From the NCBI GenBank assembly GCA_947085505.1, contig CAMTWI010000003.1, positions 7,319 through 71,318 on the forward strand: 64,000 bases of DNA, in the 5' to 3' direction. The position numbers and the translations under genes are program-made. The notes under the pieces are model-generated. The model did not search any database, was not told the origin of the DNA, and worked only from the letters and a program-made list of their open reading frames with translations. Each line of letters starts with the position of its first letter. Positions within the stretch are counted from its first letter, which is position 1. Shown piece after piece: positions 8,848 to 18,428 of this stretch. Source of the DNA: an uncultured bacterium. Its GTDB lineage: Bacteria > Patescibacteriota > Minisyncoccia > Phycocordibacterales > Phycocordibacteraceae.

Positions 8848-10584
8848 CTACCCTATAGCAATGATACGTAATCGTATCGGTTGTCCTCGTGAAAAAGTAT
8901 CTTCCTCCAAATGCGCGAGAAGAGAGATGCATTGTCCCTTCTCAAGTCGCGCACATGCGTCGCCAAGCTGACGCTTTGCGTAGAACGTCATAGCCTCTAT
9001 AGGAGCCTCCGGAAACTCCTCGTGTCCACGCCCTATCGTTAAACGAAGATGTTCCTCTGCTTTTCCAAACCAGGACACCTGCTCAAGACGCACCTCATGA
9101 AACGCAATAGAGGGTTTTGCATTACCCATACCAAACGGCGCGAGTGTCTGCAGTCGCTTCAAGACTTCTTTTGATACTGCTTCGGGTGTCATAACTGCGT
9201 CAGCACGCACCGCTTCGCGCCCGTCTTCTTTCGGGAGTGAGGCGAGTGTCCTTGCAAGTCGCTCCTCAAGATCAAATACTGCATCGGGCGCAACCGAAAA
9301 CCCTCCCGATGCCTTGTGCCCGCCAAATCCAAGAAACGTGTCACCCGCCGCGCGCATAAGCTCTACAACGTTGGTGTTCCCGGGTCCCGAACGGCATGAT
9401 CCTTTCATAGTGTCGTTGCCTTCGCGCCCCCACAAAAACACCGGGCGTCCGTATTCTTCAGCGATACCATTCGCAACAAGGCCCAAGAGTCCTGGTCTCC
9501 AATCCGGGTCCCCCATAGCAATAACAGAAGACAGTTCCTTCCCTTCCATCTTTCGCTCGAGCAGACGCTCATGCACGGCACGCGTAATCGCACCTGCTGA
9601 TGCACGCCTGGAACGATTCAAGGCCTCAAGCTTTTTCGATAACTGATCCGCTTCAGACTCACTTGTTGTTGAAAGAAGCAGGAACGCATCACGAGGATCG
9701 CCCATGCGGGACGCCGCATTGATACGTGGCGCAATCATGAAACCGACGTCTCCTTCTTCAATCTTTCCCTGATTCACCCTCGCAGCTTTGCAGAGCTTTA
9801 TAAATCCGATGCGCGGAGACTTTCGCATAACAAGAAGCCCATACGAAGCGATGACACGGTTCTCACCTGTGAGCGGCACCATATCCGCAATTGTTGAGAG
9901 ACCAGCCATATCAAGAAGCCACTTCTCCCAGCCTTCTGGAATCAAGTCGCGTCCGGGAAACCCTACCGCAAGCGTTGCACACACAAGTTTCCATGCAACG
10001 CCAGCACCACAGAGACTCTTATACGGATAGGTCTCTTCTGATCGTGCATTTGGGTTAAGAATTGCAAACGCAGGCGGCAATTCTTCCGCGGGAAGATGGT
10101 GATCGGTCACAATCACTTCCATACCAAGCTCGTTCGCTCGTGCAACGGCTTCCACGTCCGTAATACCGGAGTCAACCGTCACCACAAGCGTCACACCCTC
10201 CCCAGCAAGCTTCTCGAGTCCCGGAATATTTACCCCGTATCCTTCGTTGTGGCGATGCGGTATATAGTTCACGAAATTCGCACCGGCCTTCTTAAGAAAG
10301 TCGTGGAGCAGAACCCCGCCCGGAATACCGTCGCAATCGTAGTCGCTCCATACGGCAATCTTTTCACTGTCCCCTATCGCCGCCGCCACTCGTGCAGCTG
10401 CCTTTGGCATATCAAGCATGAGCATCGGGTCGTGGATATGTGCGTCATACGAAGGCGAGAGGAATGCTTCTGCGTCTTCCGCAGTTGTAATGCCGCGACG
10501 TGCAAGTAAGGCAGCCGTTATATCGTCATATGCCTTAAGGGCTTCGCGGACTGAATCGTCTATCGGATCATGGAGTAGGAACAT
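8848..10584 (-). CDS. recJ: single-stranded-DNA-specific exonuclease RecJ (DHH/DHHA1)
   Basis: The DHH motif VIVTDHH is present, the domain order is typical of RecJ, and the protein is 578 aa. Confidence 0.85.
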   Translation of the reverse strand: MFLLHDPIDDSVREALKAYDDITAALLARRGITTAEDAEAFLSPSYDAHIHDPMLMLDMPKAAARVAAAIGDSEKIAVWSDYDCDGIPGGVLLHDFLKKAGANFVNYIPHRHNEGYGVNIPGLEKLAGEGVTLVVTVDSGITDVEAVARANELGMEVIVTDHHLPAEELPPAFAILNPNARSEETYPYKSLCGAGVAWKLVCATLAVGFPGRDLIPEGWEKWLLDMAGLSTIADMVPLTGENRVIASYGLLVMRKSPRIGFIKLCKAARVNQGKIEEGDVGFMIAPRINAASRMGDPRDAFLLLSTTSESEADQLSKKLEALNRSRRASAGAITRAVHERLLERKMEGKELSSVIAMGDPDWRPGLLGLVANGIAEEYGRPVFLWGREGNDTMKGSCRSGPGNTNVVELMRAAGDTFLGFGGHKASGGFSVAPDAVFDLEERLARTLASLPKEDGREAVRADAVMTPEAVSKEVLKRLQTLAPFGMGNAKPSIAFHEVRLEQVSWFGKAEEHLRLTIGRGHEEFPEAPIEAMTFYAKRQLGDACARLEKGQCISLLAHLEEDTFSRGQPIRLRIIAIG

Positions 10585-10659
10585 GTCGGGTCATTGTATC
10601 AAAGTCATCGCTCGGGGTATCCTTCTGATATGGAAATTGAAGGCCAAAACGGTGTATTC

Positions 10660-11052
10660 ATGAAAATACTGCGGCGTGAACTTCCTGCACAAATCGTGTA
10701 TGAAGACGAGAAGACCCTCGCCTTTCTTTCAACAGGACCCGTGACTCCAGGACACACGCTCGTTATACCGAAAGCCCCGTATCGAAATATTTTTGATATA
10801 GACCAGGATGCATTTGCTGCTGTAATGGAAACGGTCCGGAAAATGTCTCCCGCAATACGCGATGCTGTTGGAGCAAAAGGAGTGCAGATCAATTCAAACC
10901 ATGAGCATGAGGCTGGGCAGGAAGTGTTCCATCTTCACATGCACATAATTCCTCGACACGATCGGAAGGAATTCGAGTTCTGGCCGCACAAGGAGTACGC
11001 GGAAGGTGAAGCGGCGAGCGTCGCTCAAAAGATTAAGGAACAGATCGGCTAG
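10660..11052 (+). CDS. HIT (histidine triad) family protein
   Basis: Histidine triad HLHMHIIPR is present. Start trimmed to MKIL, which aligns with HIT N-termini. The ORF-track start at 10594 lies 9 bp from the recJ start. Its 3' end overlaps the pgk stop convergently (CTAG). Confidence 0.75.
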   Translation: MKILRRELPAQIVYEDEKTLAFLSTGPVTPGHTLVIPKAPYRNIFDIDQDAFAAVMETVRKMSPAIRDAVGAKGVQINSNHEHEAGQEVFHLHMHIIPRHDRKEFEFWPHKEYAEGEAASVAQKIKEQIG

Positions 11053-12182
11053 CGAAGCGCATCGAGACCTGGAAGCGTTCCCTTCGCAAGAAAGTCGAGC
11101 ATTGCACCGCCGCCGGTTGAAATAAAAGAGAATTGGTCAGAGATACCGAGCTTCTCTATGGCCGCTACCGTGTCTCCTCCACCAACAATAGAGCGTGCAT
11201 TAGACGAAGCGATCACGTGCGCAATGGCTTCTGTTCCTTGCACAAACCCGTTCTCATAATTTCCGAGTGGACCATTCCAAAGAATCGTCTTCGCCTTCTC
11301 AGCGTGTGCCGCAATGAGTGCGATAGTCTTGGGACCGTTATCAAGAATAGATTCAATTTGATCCACGTCTTGTATCTCCACCACCCTTCCACCAGTAACA
11401 GTTGTCCCAGCCTGTGCAACAACATAATCCACGGGCAACAACAACTTTCTGTTACCCATCAAGGTCTTTAGTTCTGTCTTATCAGCACCCGACACCAAAG
11501 ACTTTCCAATCGGCCTTCCGCTTGCCTGCATAAAATCATTCGCAAGCGCACCACCAACAAACACACGTTCATATGAAACGAGAAGCTTTTTAAGTACGGG
11601 CTCCTTTGTACCGAACTTGGCACCACCAATTATCGCAAGTGATGGCTTGCCGGGCTTCAGTGCCTTTGAAAGTTCTCGCACTTCTTCCTCAACAAGAAAG
11701 CCCACATAGGAAGGCAAGAATTCTGGGACCCCAACAACAGAAGCGTGCGGACGATGGCATACATCAAACGAGTCCTCGACATATATATCCGCGAGGTCGG
11801 CGAGCGCTGCGGCGAAATCGCGTCGGTTCTCTTGCTCCCCTTTATCCCGTCTAAGGTTCTCGAGCATGAGCACTCCCCCGGGAGGAAGCTGGCGTACCGC
11901 GTCGCGGGCCTTGGGGCCTGTTGTAACCGGACAAAATCTAAGCTCCGGAATGAATTCCTTCATAGCACGAAACACTGGCTCGAGGGTTTCCGTTCCTTTG
12001 TCACCAATGTGGCCGATGAGCACAACGCGTGCATGGTGCTTTCGTAAGTACTCAATAGTCGGAAGTGCGCGTCGCAGTCTAAAGCTGCCCGCAACTTCTC
12101 CTCCCTGAACCGGCACATTCAGTGCACATCGCACCAGCACCGGGATATTCTCAAGAACCTTAATGCTACGGACGCTTCGCAT
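11049..12182 (-). CDS. pgk: phosphoglycerate kinase
   Basis: PGK motifs are present throughout, for example the GGGAMLDFL-type C-terminus and ALKPGKPSLAIIGGAKFGTK. Start trimmed to ATG at 12182. Confidence 0.9.
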   Translation of the reverse strand: MRSVRSIKVLENIPVLVRCALNVPVQGGEVAGSFRLRRALPTIEYLRKHHARVVLIGHIGDKGTETLEPVFRAMKEFIPELRFCPVTTGPKARDAVRQLPPGGVLMLENLRRDKGEQENRRDFAAALADLADIYVEDSFDVCHRPHASVVGVPEFLPSYVGFLVEEEVRELSKALKPGKPSLAIIGGAKFGTKEPVLKKLLVSYERVFVGGALANDFMQASGRPIGKSLVSGADKTELKTLMGNRKLLLPVDYVVAQAGTTVTGGRVVEIQDVDQIESILDNGPKTIALIAAHAEKAKTILWNGPLGNYENGFVQGTEAIAHVIASSNARSIVGGGDTVAAIEKLGISDQFSFISTGGGAMLDFLAKGTLPGLDALR

Positions 12183-12205
12183 GTCTTTAGTATAGAGGAG
12201 AAGCG

Positions 12206-12907
12206 CTACAGACTCGACTGAATCTCTTCGAACCACAATCGATATCCTTCTGAAGATGGATGGAGGCCGTCTGCTGCAAGATATATCTCCGGCTTCTCAT
12301 TGATCTGCTTGGTTGCAGGGGAATTGCCAAAATTCACGTAGGTTACGCCTTCTTCCTTGGCAACCTTCGCAAAGATTTCGTGATATGTGTTATTCAAACG
12401 TGTATGGAATGGGCGCACTGGCCACGGGAACAACGTAGCGCCCCCGACATCGCCCGCTGAGATAATCACAACCTTCTCAGCGTCCGGAAGATTTCGTATC
12501 GTTCTACGCAGCTCCTCACCTACACCTTCTGCTGGCTTGAAACGGATGATGTCATTGCCCCCTATCTGAATAAGAATTAAGCGGTACTGTTCGAGCTTGG
12601 CGCTCTCTCTCTGTTTGTTTAGGTCACTCGTAACGGCACCTGAGACTGCATAGTTTTCTAGACTATCTGCCTGAAGGAAGCCACTCACCCGCCCTGCAAC
12701 ACTTTCTTCGGGCCGCTCCGCTCCGATACCAACGGCAGTGCTGTCTCCGAGCACGAGAACCGTGTTCTCTCCTTCCCCAGCTTTCTGATACGCAACTGTT
12801 GCGTTAATTATCTTCTTCGAAACTTGCACGGTCATGAAAAACTTTACGCCCCAATACACAACAAGAAGCAGGACAAGCCCGCCGAGTACGAAAAATGTAG
12901 TGCGCAT
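12206..12907 (-). CDS. SGNH/GDSL-type hydrolase, membrane anchored
   Basis: GDS(T) block I (VLGDSTAVG), block III GGND, and block V DGLHP are present, with an N-terminal TM. Confidence 0.6.
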   Translation of the reverse strand: MRTTFFVLGGLVLLLVVYWGVKFFMTVQVSKKIINATVAYQKAGEGENTVLVLGDSTAVGIGAERPEESVAGRVSGFLQADSLENYAVSGAVTSDLNKQRESAKLEQYRLILIQIGGNDIIRFKPAEGVGEELRRTIRNLPDAEKVVIISAGDVGGATLFPWPVRPFHTRLNNTYHEIFAKVAKEEGVTYVNFGNSPATKQINEKPEIYLAADGLHPSSEGYRLWFEEIQSSL

Positions 12908-12944
12908 AAAAACTTAGTGTATCTACTTTCGAGTGAAGGGCAGG

Positions 12945-13718
12945 TTAGGAGACTGCTTTCACGAGTGCTGTGAACCCCGCTACGTCTGTTGAAGCACGTC
13001 CTATAAGAAATCCGTCAATGCCGGTTCCGGAAGCAAGCGAGCGAACGTTACTCACATCAACCGATCCTCCATACAAAATGCGTACCTTCTGGTTTGCGCG
13101 TCCAGGCATGAAGTCGGCAAGCACCTTGCGTATATACAGAATCATTTCAGAAAGGTCGTTTGGGGTGATAGCTTCAAGTTCTGATTTGCCAATAGCCCAA
13201 ACGGGTTCGTACGCGATAACAATAGAGAGACGCTCCTTCGTTGAGAGTGATGCCATAACCGCACTCAGCTGCGCACGCACACGCTTCAAGTAGTGGGCTT
13301 CGGTATCTCGATCAATCTCCCCAATACAAATAATTGGCGTCATGCCGTGCGCAAGTACGTGACGGGCCTTTTCGGTAACTATCTCGTCTGATTCTCCGCG
13401 AGCGCGACGTTCCGAATGCCCCACAATTACATACGAGACCCCAAGGTCCTTTAAAAGTCCTGCGGTCACTTCCCCAGTCTCAGCTCCCCCCACCGTTATA
13501 GACACATCCTGAGCACCAAGCTTAAGGGCTTCTTGAGCATCCGGCTTCGCTGGAGCAATAAAGCCAATATGCGGGGCCGCCGGAGCGATAACAATCTCGT
13601 TATCCCCCTTACTAGCGAGGCGTTTGGCGCTTATACACAATGCCTTTGCCTTTGCCTTTGATTCTACGTAGGCCTTCCAGTTTCCAACGATAAGCATGGC
13701 TAAATCGTAGCATGCCAA
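12945..13718 (-). CDS. tpiA: triosephosphate isomerase
   Basis: TIM motifs GNWK, GHSERR and ICIGE are present. Confidence 0.9.
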   Translation of the reverse strand: MACYDLAMLIVGNWKAYVESKAKAKALCISAKRLASKGDNEIVIAPAAPHIGFIAPAKPDAQEALKLGAQDVSITVGGAETGEVTAGLLKDLGVSYVIVGHSERRARGESDEIVTEKARHVLAHGMTPIICIGEIDRDTEAHYLKRVRAQLSAVMASLSTKERLSIVIAYEPVWAIGKSELEAITPNDLSEMILYIRKVLADFMPGRANQKVRILYGGSVDVSNVRSLASGTGIDGFLIGRASTDVAGFTALVKAVS

Positions 13719-13806
13719 TGATGTCTCGATTTTGGCCCTGCCTCTAGTCGTTTATATACCGCACGGTAGCTGGATTAAGGTTTTAACCTTTGTCCTTGAT
13801 CATTTC

Positions 13807-15228
13807 TTACTCCTCTCGCCAGTCTACAAATTGATAGTCGCTTGAGGTCTGTGGCGTGAATGGCGGAGGGTCAGTTGCGAGATTGCGATCGTACGCGTCG
13901 ATACGAGTTTGATACCCAGCCGAGTTCGTGCAACTTGTATTGAGGCACCATTTTGTGCCAGTACGGAGATTCGATACCGTTGTACCGAGAATGGTAAGCG
14001 TGCCGCGCGCATCATACGATGAGTTTCCATAGTAGTTGCGACCGAACGCACCTCCCTGTGCCACAAAAATACCGTTGAGTGTCATATTGTACGGAGAGTC
14101 GGGAGTGATAAGGATATTATTCTGTGCAATAACTGTGAGACCATCACTTCCGTCTGTCTGTGCATACGTTAGATTTCCTGGAAGCATTACGTTTGGTTTG
14201 ATACCAGTTGTTGTGACGTTCGCCGCCACAACCGTTACTTTTGTATCCACCACTCCCTCAATCCAGACGTTATCCTCAACAAAAATGAGTCCGCAATTTT
14301 CAGGGACGGTAATCGTCGAATAGAAGGTTTCGTTGCCAACAAGCTGGCGATCCGGTAGATCGTCGTCACTCGGATTAATGTGTGTCGAAGGAACTGATGA
14401 GGCAGTGGTAATACGCGTAACCGTCACCGTCCCACCTGCATTAAACCGAAGACGATACCCACGCCAGTAACTCGTAGCATTCGTGACGTTGGTCTCACTA
14501 AAGCGCGGCAAATAGTATCCATCGGCAAGAGCCTTCGTTTTAAGGCTCGCGAAATCAGCGGATATCGCACCGAAGTCTACCTGCGGCACTGGGTAATCCC
14601 AGAGATTTGTATTTGTTCCTGCACCCCACACCCCTGCCTTCGTCTGGTTTGGCGAGCACCCAAACGCTGAGGTACATAGCCAGGTCGAAAGCGAACTTGT
14701 TACCGGAGAGTTAATTGTGCCGTCCATGCGGATTCCCCCATTCGAATGGTAGGGGCCAAGGATCACACGATCTGAACCTGCCCACACACTGTCGTTGAGC
14801 ACATACGAGAATCGCGCGACCGTTGGACGCGCATATCGCGTCGTTATAGTGCGTGAGATTGTTGAATGTTCTACGGGCGTACCTGTAGAACTAATATCAA
14901 TAGAGGTGAGCGTGTCACATGAAGTGTTCCCCGTTATTGAAAGCTCGATGGTTCCAATCTCCCCACCCTCCGGGTCCATGTACGGAATAATATACGGACC
15001 CGGTTGTCCCGTACCGTTCGTGAGATCGTTCGGATAGTGTGCAAGAAACCACCGATAGTACTCGATACCCGCCTCAGCGATCGCAATCGCGCGAGCTGAA
15101 GCTGTCGCGTTTGTTTGAAACCGATTCTCTGAAAGCACGAAACCTGAAAGAGCGCCGAGCACAGTAACAAACACCGCACCAAAGACAATCGCCAGGAGCA
15201 TGAGGTATCCACGAGGGGGAGAGTGTTT
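13807..15228 (-). CDS. PilX-like type IV pilus minor pilin/assembly protein
   Basis: An N-terminal TM is followed by an A..AEAG PilX_N-like motif (SARAIAIAEAGIEYY). The rest is a large serine/threonine-rich ectodomain. It is the last gene of the minor-pilin operon. Confidence 0.5.
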   Translation of the reverse strand, partial: KHSPPRGYLMLLAIVFGAVFVTVLGALSGFVLSENRFQTNATASARAIAIAEAGIEYYRWFLAHYPNDLTNGTGQPGPYIIPYMDPEGGEIGTIELSITGNTSCDTLTSIDISSTGTPVEHSTISRTITTRYARPTVARFSYVLNDSVWAGSDRVILGPYHSNGGIRMDGTINSPVTSSLSTWLCTSAFGCSPNQTKAGVWGAGTNTNLWDYPVPQVDFGAISADFASLKTKALADGYYLPRFSETNVTNATSYWRGYRLRFNAGGTVTVTRITTASSVPSTHINPSDDDLPDRQLVGNETFYSTITVPENCGLIFVEDNVWIEGVVDTKVTVVAANVTTTGIKPNVMLPGNLTYAQTDGSDGLTVIAQNNILITPDSPYNMTLNGIFVAQGGAFGRNYYGNSSYDARGTLTILGTTVSNLRTGTKWCLNTSCTNSAGYQTRIDAYDRNLATDPPPFTPQTSSDYQFVDWREE

Positions 15229-15235
15229 CATAAAA

Positions 15236-15847
15236 TTATTCGCTACGAAGATTACGCAGCGTTGCACCACCTTCTATAGTGAGAATGTTTGGGGCGCGCT
15301 GCGGATTGATATCGACATCGAGTCGTGCACGAATAGTACGCACAGCGGCAATGTTAATGCTACCAGTAAGTTCAACGCCGTCGCTATCGAAATAGCGGAA
15401 CGCGGGTGTTGCCGCATCGTTCTTCACCCACGTCGCAATAATAGACGTCGATTCAGTCTGTCCCGTATAGGATGGCGGGTTTCCCCCAGCATTCGTTACT
15501 CCCTGGTACAGGACGCCACCTGAGAGGTATAACCGGATACGCTCTATCGAATGGTCTGCATCTCCATTTGCGTAGAACGTCACCGACGAAGTCGCTGCTG
15601 CCATAAGCGGGTACGACCCGTCTTCTCCATATGAGGCAGCTCGCAAAAGCGCTAGTGATTCATTGACTCCACGACTCGCACTATCCACCGCACTCGTAGC
15701 CTCAAGTAGGTACGCATTTGAGCGGTAGAAATACGAAATCATTGAGAGGAGACCGACACCGACCAGGCCCGTAAGTCCAATAACCACAACCATCTCCATA
15801 AGGGTAAATCCTCTAGAAGTGAGTGCGACGGAAGATGTGCGGTGCAT
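15236..15847 (-). CDS. type IV pilin-like protein with canonical prepilin leader
   Basis: Leader MHRTSSVALTSRG|FTLMEMVVVIGL follows the class III signal G-F-T-L-x-E plus a hydrophobic helix. Confidence 0.7.
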   Translation of the reverse strand: MHRTSSVALTSRGFTLMEMVVVIGLTGLVGVGLLSMISYFYRSNAYLLEATSAVDSASRGVNESLALLRAASYGEDGSYPLMAAATSSVTFYANGDADHSIERIRLYLSGGVLYQGVTNAGGNPPSYTGQTESTSIIATWVKNDAATPAFRYFDSDGVELTGSINIAAVRTIRARLDVDINPQRAPNILTIEGGATLRNLRSE

Positions 15848-15850
15848 AGA

Positions 15851-17329
15851 TTATTGAATGATATAAATGGCCTCGGTCGTCATCCCCGGCTCAAGAGTAT
15901 GTGGTGGTGTCGACGTTGGACTTACGAGGCTGTATCCCGGAATGGTAAGCGTATACACATCCCACTCAAGCGTGAGTGCTCGGTTCCCCGTCACGTCCGT
16001 AGTGCTTTCTATAATTGTCTTATAGAGAGGATCACCCGCTCCCGTCGTCCCCTTTCTCTTAGCACCAGTGAAAGTAAAAGGAACGTTTGGTAACGGTAAC
16101 GGCCCCTCTTCAAACGTAATCTGCCAACTCTCAACCGAAGGGGTGCTGAGTCCGTCCGCACTCGCAAGAGATGCGCGCAACGCAAGTCCCGGATAGGTTG
16201 AGGTAGAAACACCTGTCAGGTCTATGGGAAACGTAGTGAACCCGATACTGTTTCCAGGAATCACCGCGTCCGGAATGAGTCCGCCCGCGCTATCAGTAAC
16301 AGAGACCGTATAGCTGGTAGCAGCAGGAGTAGTTACTGAAGCCTGAATTGAAGTCCACTCGGCCAAGTACACAGGTGCAGTGGTTATCGACCGAGCGCTT
16401 CCAGAGAATGCGTAACTACCCGGAGCACCTGCGAGCATAAGCGCGCCAGCACTCACCTGCACTGACAGCATCTCCTCAAGATTAGAAGCGTCAGTAAACG
16501 TGTCGCTTGACACTGCCTGCCGGATTGGTTCAAACGTGCGGAGCGTAAACGAGGAGAGTACATCAATAGCGAACGTGCTCGTGGTCGTTTGGCCCAAGGA
16601 AACCGTGAGGTATCCTGGTGTCGGATTCTGATTCGTTACATCGCGTGCATACGTCTGCGCAGTCGAGTACCCATCTTTGGTAACAGTAATACGGTAGTCG
16701 GTTGATGTTGGTGCACCCGGGAGCGATACGCTGCCAGCGCTATCAGAAAACGTGATGAGGTCGATTGCAGGAGAGACGCTTGAATTTTCGATATGTACCG
16801 AAGCACCAGCAACCGCACCCCCGACCGCATTCACGACATTCACACGCAGGGTGCCTCCCCCTGCCGTTGTTTCAATCGAGGGTGGTACGACATTCGAGAC
16901 AATAACAATCTCTCGCTCCTCTCCACGGAACTGATACGTCGCTGCAATACGAACACGCTTGTAGTCTGTCGTAATACCGTTAGAATCTGCCGCTCCAAAC
17001 CCGTCCTTGGGATCATCCACATACTGAATGAGTGTGCGGACACCGTACGGAATACCGTTCATAGTTGTGGTCGCATACTGCTCGATAGGTCCCGCAGGAA
17101 TACCCCCAAGCGTACCAACATTGTCATAGGACAGGGAGCGAATATATTCCATCTGCGTTGTTGCCACCGCAGTGCCCCCGGCCTTTGCCTTCGAGGAAGA
17201 AGAGATGAGGAGTGATGCACGCAAGAGTCCGAGGAGTGCAAGAAACACAATAAGAATGAGTGCGATGCCAACAATGACATCTACCAAGGACATGCCGCGC
17301 GGTGCATTCATACACGTATGATAACGCAC
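15851..17329 (-). CDS. large type IV pilin-like minor pilin (PilV/FimU-like)
   Basis: APRG|MSLVDVIVGIALILIVF is prepilin-like, but carries D rather than E at +5. Large T/S-rich ectodomain. Confidence 0.5.
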   Translation of the reverse strand: MRYHTCMNAPRGMSLVDVIVGIALILIVFLALLGLLRASLLISSSSKAKAGGTAVATTQMEYIRSLSYDNVGTLGGIPAGPIEQYATTTMNGIPYGVRTLIQYVDDPKDGFGAADSNGITTDYKRVRIAATYQFRGEEREIVIVSNVVPPSIETTAGGGTLRVNVVNAVGGAVAGASVHIENSSVSPAIDLITFSDSAGSVSLPGAPTSTDYRITVTKDGYSTAQTYARDVTNQNPTPGYLTVSLGQTTTSTFAIDVLSSFTLRTFEPIRQAVSSDTFTDASNLEEMLSVQVSAGALMLAGAPGSYAFSGSARSITTAPVYLAEWTSIQASVTTPAATSYTVSVTDSAGGLIPDAVIPGNSIGFTTFPIDLTGVSTSTYPGLALRASLASADGLSTPSVESWQITFEEGPLPLPNVPFTFTGAKRKGTTGAGDPLYKTIIESTTDVTGNRALTLEWDVYTLTIPGYSLVSPTSTPPHTLEPGMTTEAIYIIQ

Positions 17330-17342
17330 CGATACATGCTCT

Positions 17343-17588
17343 CTAGCGGTTCTGGCGACCCGGCTTCAATAGTTTCGATAAGAGCGCAAAGAGTTCAATC
17401 CCCTCCTGCCTCGTAATCTGCATTTCAGAGTCCTCGTCCGGACCAGTCACAAACAACACGACACCGGGAATCCCTTGTACGGGCTCCTCGCTTACGCGTA
17501 CATATACATCGTTCCCTTTCTCGTTCCGGAAACGAGTTGATACCACCTTACCTATAGCCATATGCAGGCAGTGTAGCTCAGTTAACAA
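17343..17588 (-). CDS. hypothetical small cytoplasmic protein, first gene of the minor pilin operon
   Basis: ORF only. It ends 14 nt upstream of the pilV-like gene. A terminator lies upstream of it. Confidence 0.3.
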   Translation of the reverse strand: MLTELHCLHMAIGKVVSTRFRNEKGNDVYVRVSEEPVQGIPGVVLFVTGPDEDSEMQITRQEGIELFALLSKLLKPGRQNR

Positions 17589-17632
17589 TCTGGGACGATG
17601 TTAGAACTTTTTACATAAATATATAGACCACA

Positions 17633-17668
17633 AGAAAAGACCGGCTTGGTATAAGCCGGTCTTTTCTT
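17633..17668. terminator. bidirectional hairpin terminator
   Basis: AAAAGACCGGCTTGGTATAAGCCGGTCTTTTCTT. Confidence 0.6.
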
Positions 17669-17682
17669 ACGTAGGGTATGTA

Positions 17683-18321
17683 TTACGCCTCAGTCTTCAC
17701 AAATAGCTTTGTGAACCATCCAAACAAGCTGAAACTTTGCTCGTTTTCGGTAACAAAGCCATCAAGCTTAACTAGCTCATCCTTGAGTAAACTAATCTGA
17801 GCTTCAAGATCAGCGCGTACAGACGCATCGGTTGTCTTGCTGAGAGTGTTCTCAAGTCGCTGGATATCAGCGTTACTCTTTGCAATATTGCTTCGTACGG
17901 CTCCTGCGTTCTTCCAATCTGTGCCGAAGAGGAAATCTAGAATATTGCTTCGCTTTTCAACCTTTGTCATAGCCTCAACCGTTGTTGACGCTGAATCATT
18001 CTGTGAGTTCGCAACTGCACGTACCTCTGTGCCTATGGCACGATCACGGTCTGCAACAGAGAGTAGCGACTGAACGAAGGTAGCAACCATACTGCGATGT
18101 GACTCTGCAGTTATTTGTCCACGTGTAGTCGTCGAAGCGTTACCTCCCTTGTTGCCAGCATTCACCTGAGCCTCGCTGTTACCGCGAGTGGATGTCTCCT
18201 GAGAATTTGCTTGTGCGTTTACACTTACATCAACGTCAGCCTGAATGCCAGGTACCTGCGCATGTGCAGCTGTTGCTGAGAATAGAACGGCTAGTGTAAG
18301 AATGGGTATTAGTTTAATCAT
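17683..18321 (-). CDS. secreted alpha-helical protein (signal peptide, AHA|Q cleavage-like site)
   Basis: N-terminal signal peptide MIKLIPILTLAVLFSATAAHAQ, followed by a Ser/Thr/Asn-rich region and a C-terminal coiled-coil-like segment. Confidence 0.45.
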   Translation of the reverse strand: MIKLIPILTLAVLFSATAAHAQVPGIQADVDVSVNAQANSQETSTRGNSEAQVNAGNKGGNASTTTRGQITAESHRSMVATFVQSLLSVADRDRAIGTEVRAVANSQNDSASTTVEAMTKVEKRSNILDFLFGTDWKNAGAVRSNIAKSNADIQRLENTLSKTTDASVRADLEAQISLLKDELVKLDGFVTENEQSFSLFGWFTKLFVKTEA

Positions 18322-18428
18322 AGGTTAGATAATGAAGGTAATGCGTAATCATAGTGTACTACCTTACTCTCCATAGATGACGGCTGGACACCTAGAGTCT
18401 TACTCTAGGTGGGAGACTAGAGATAGAA

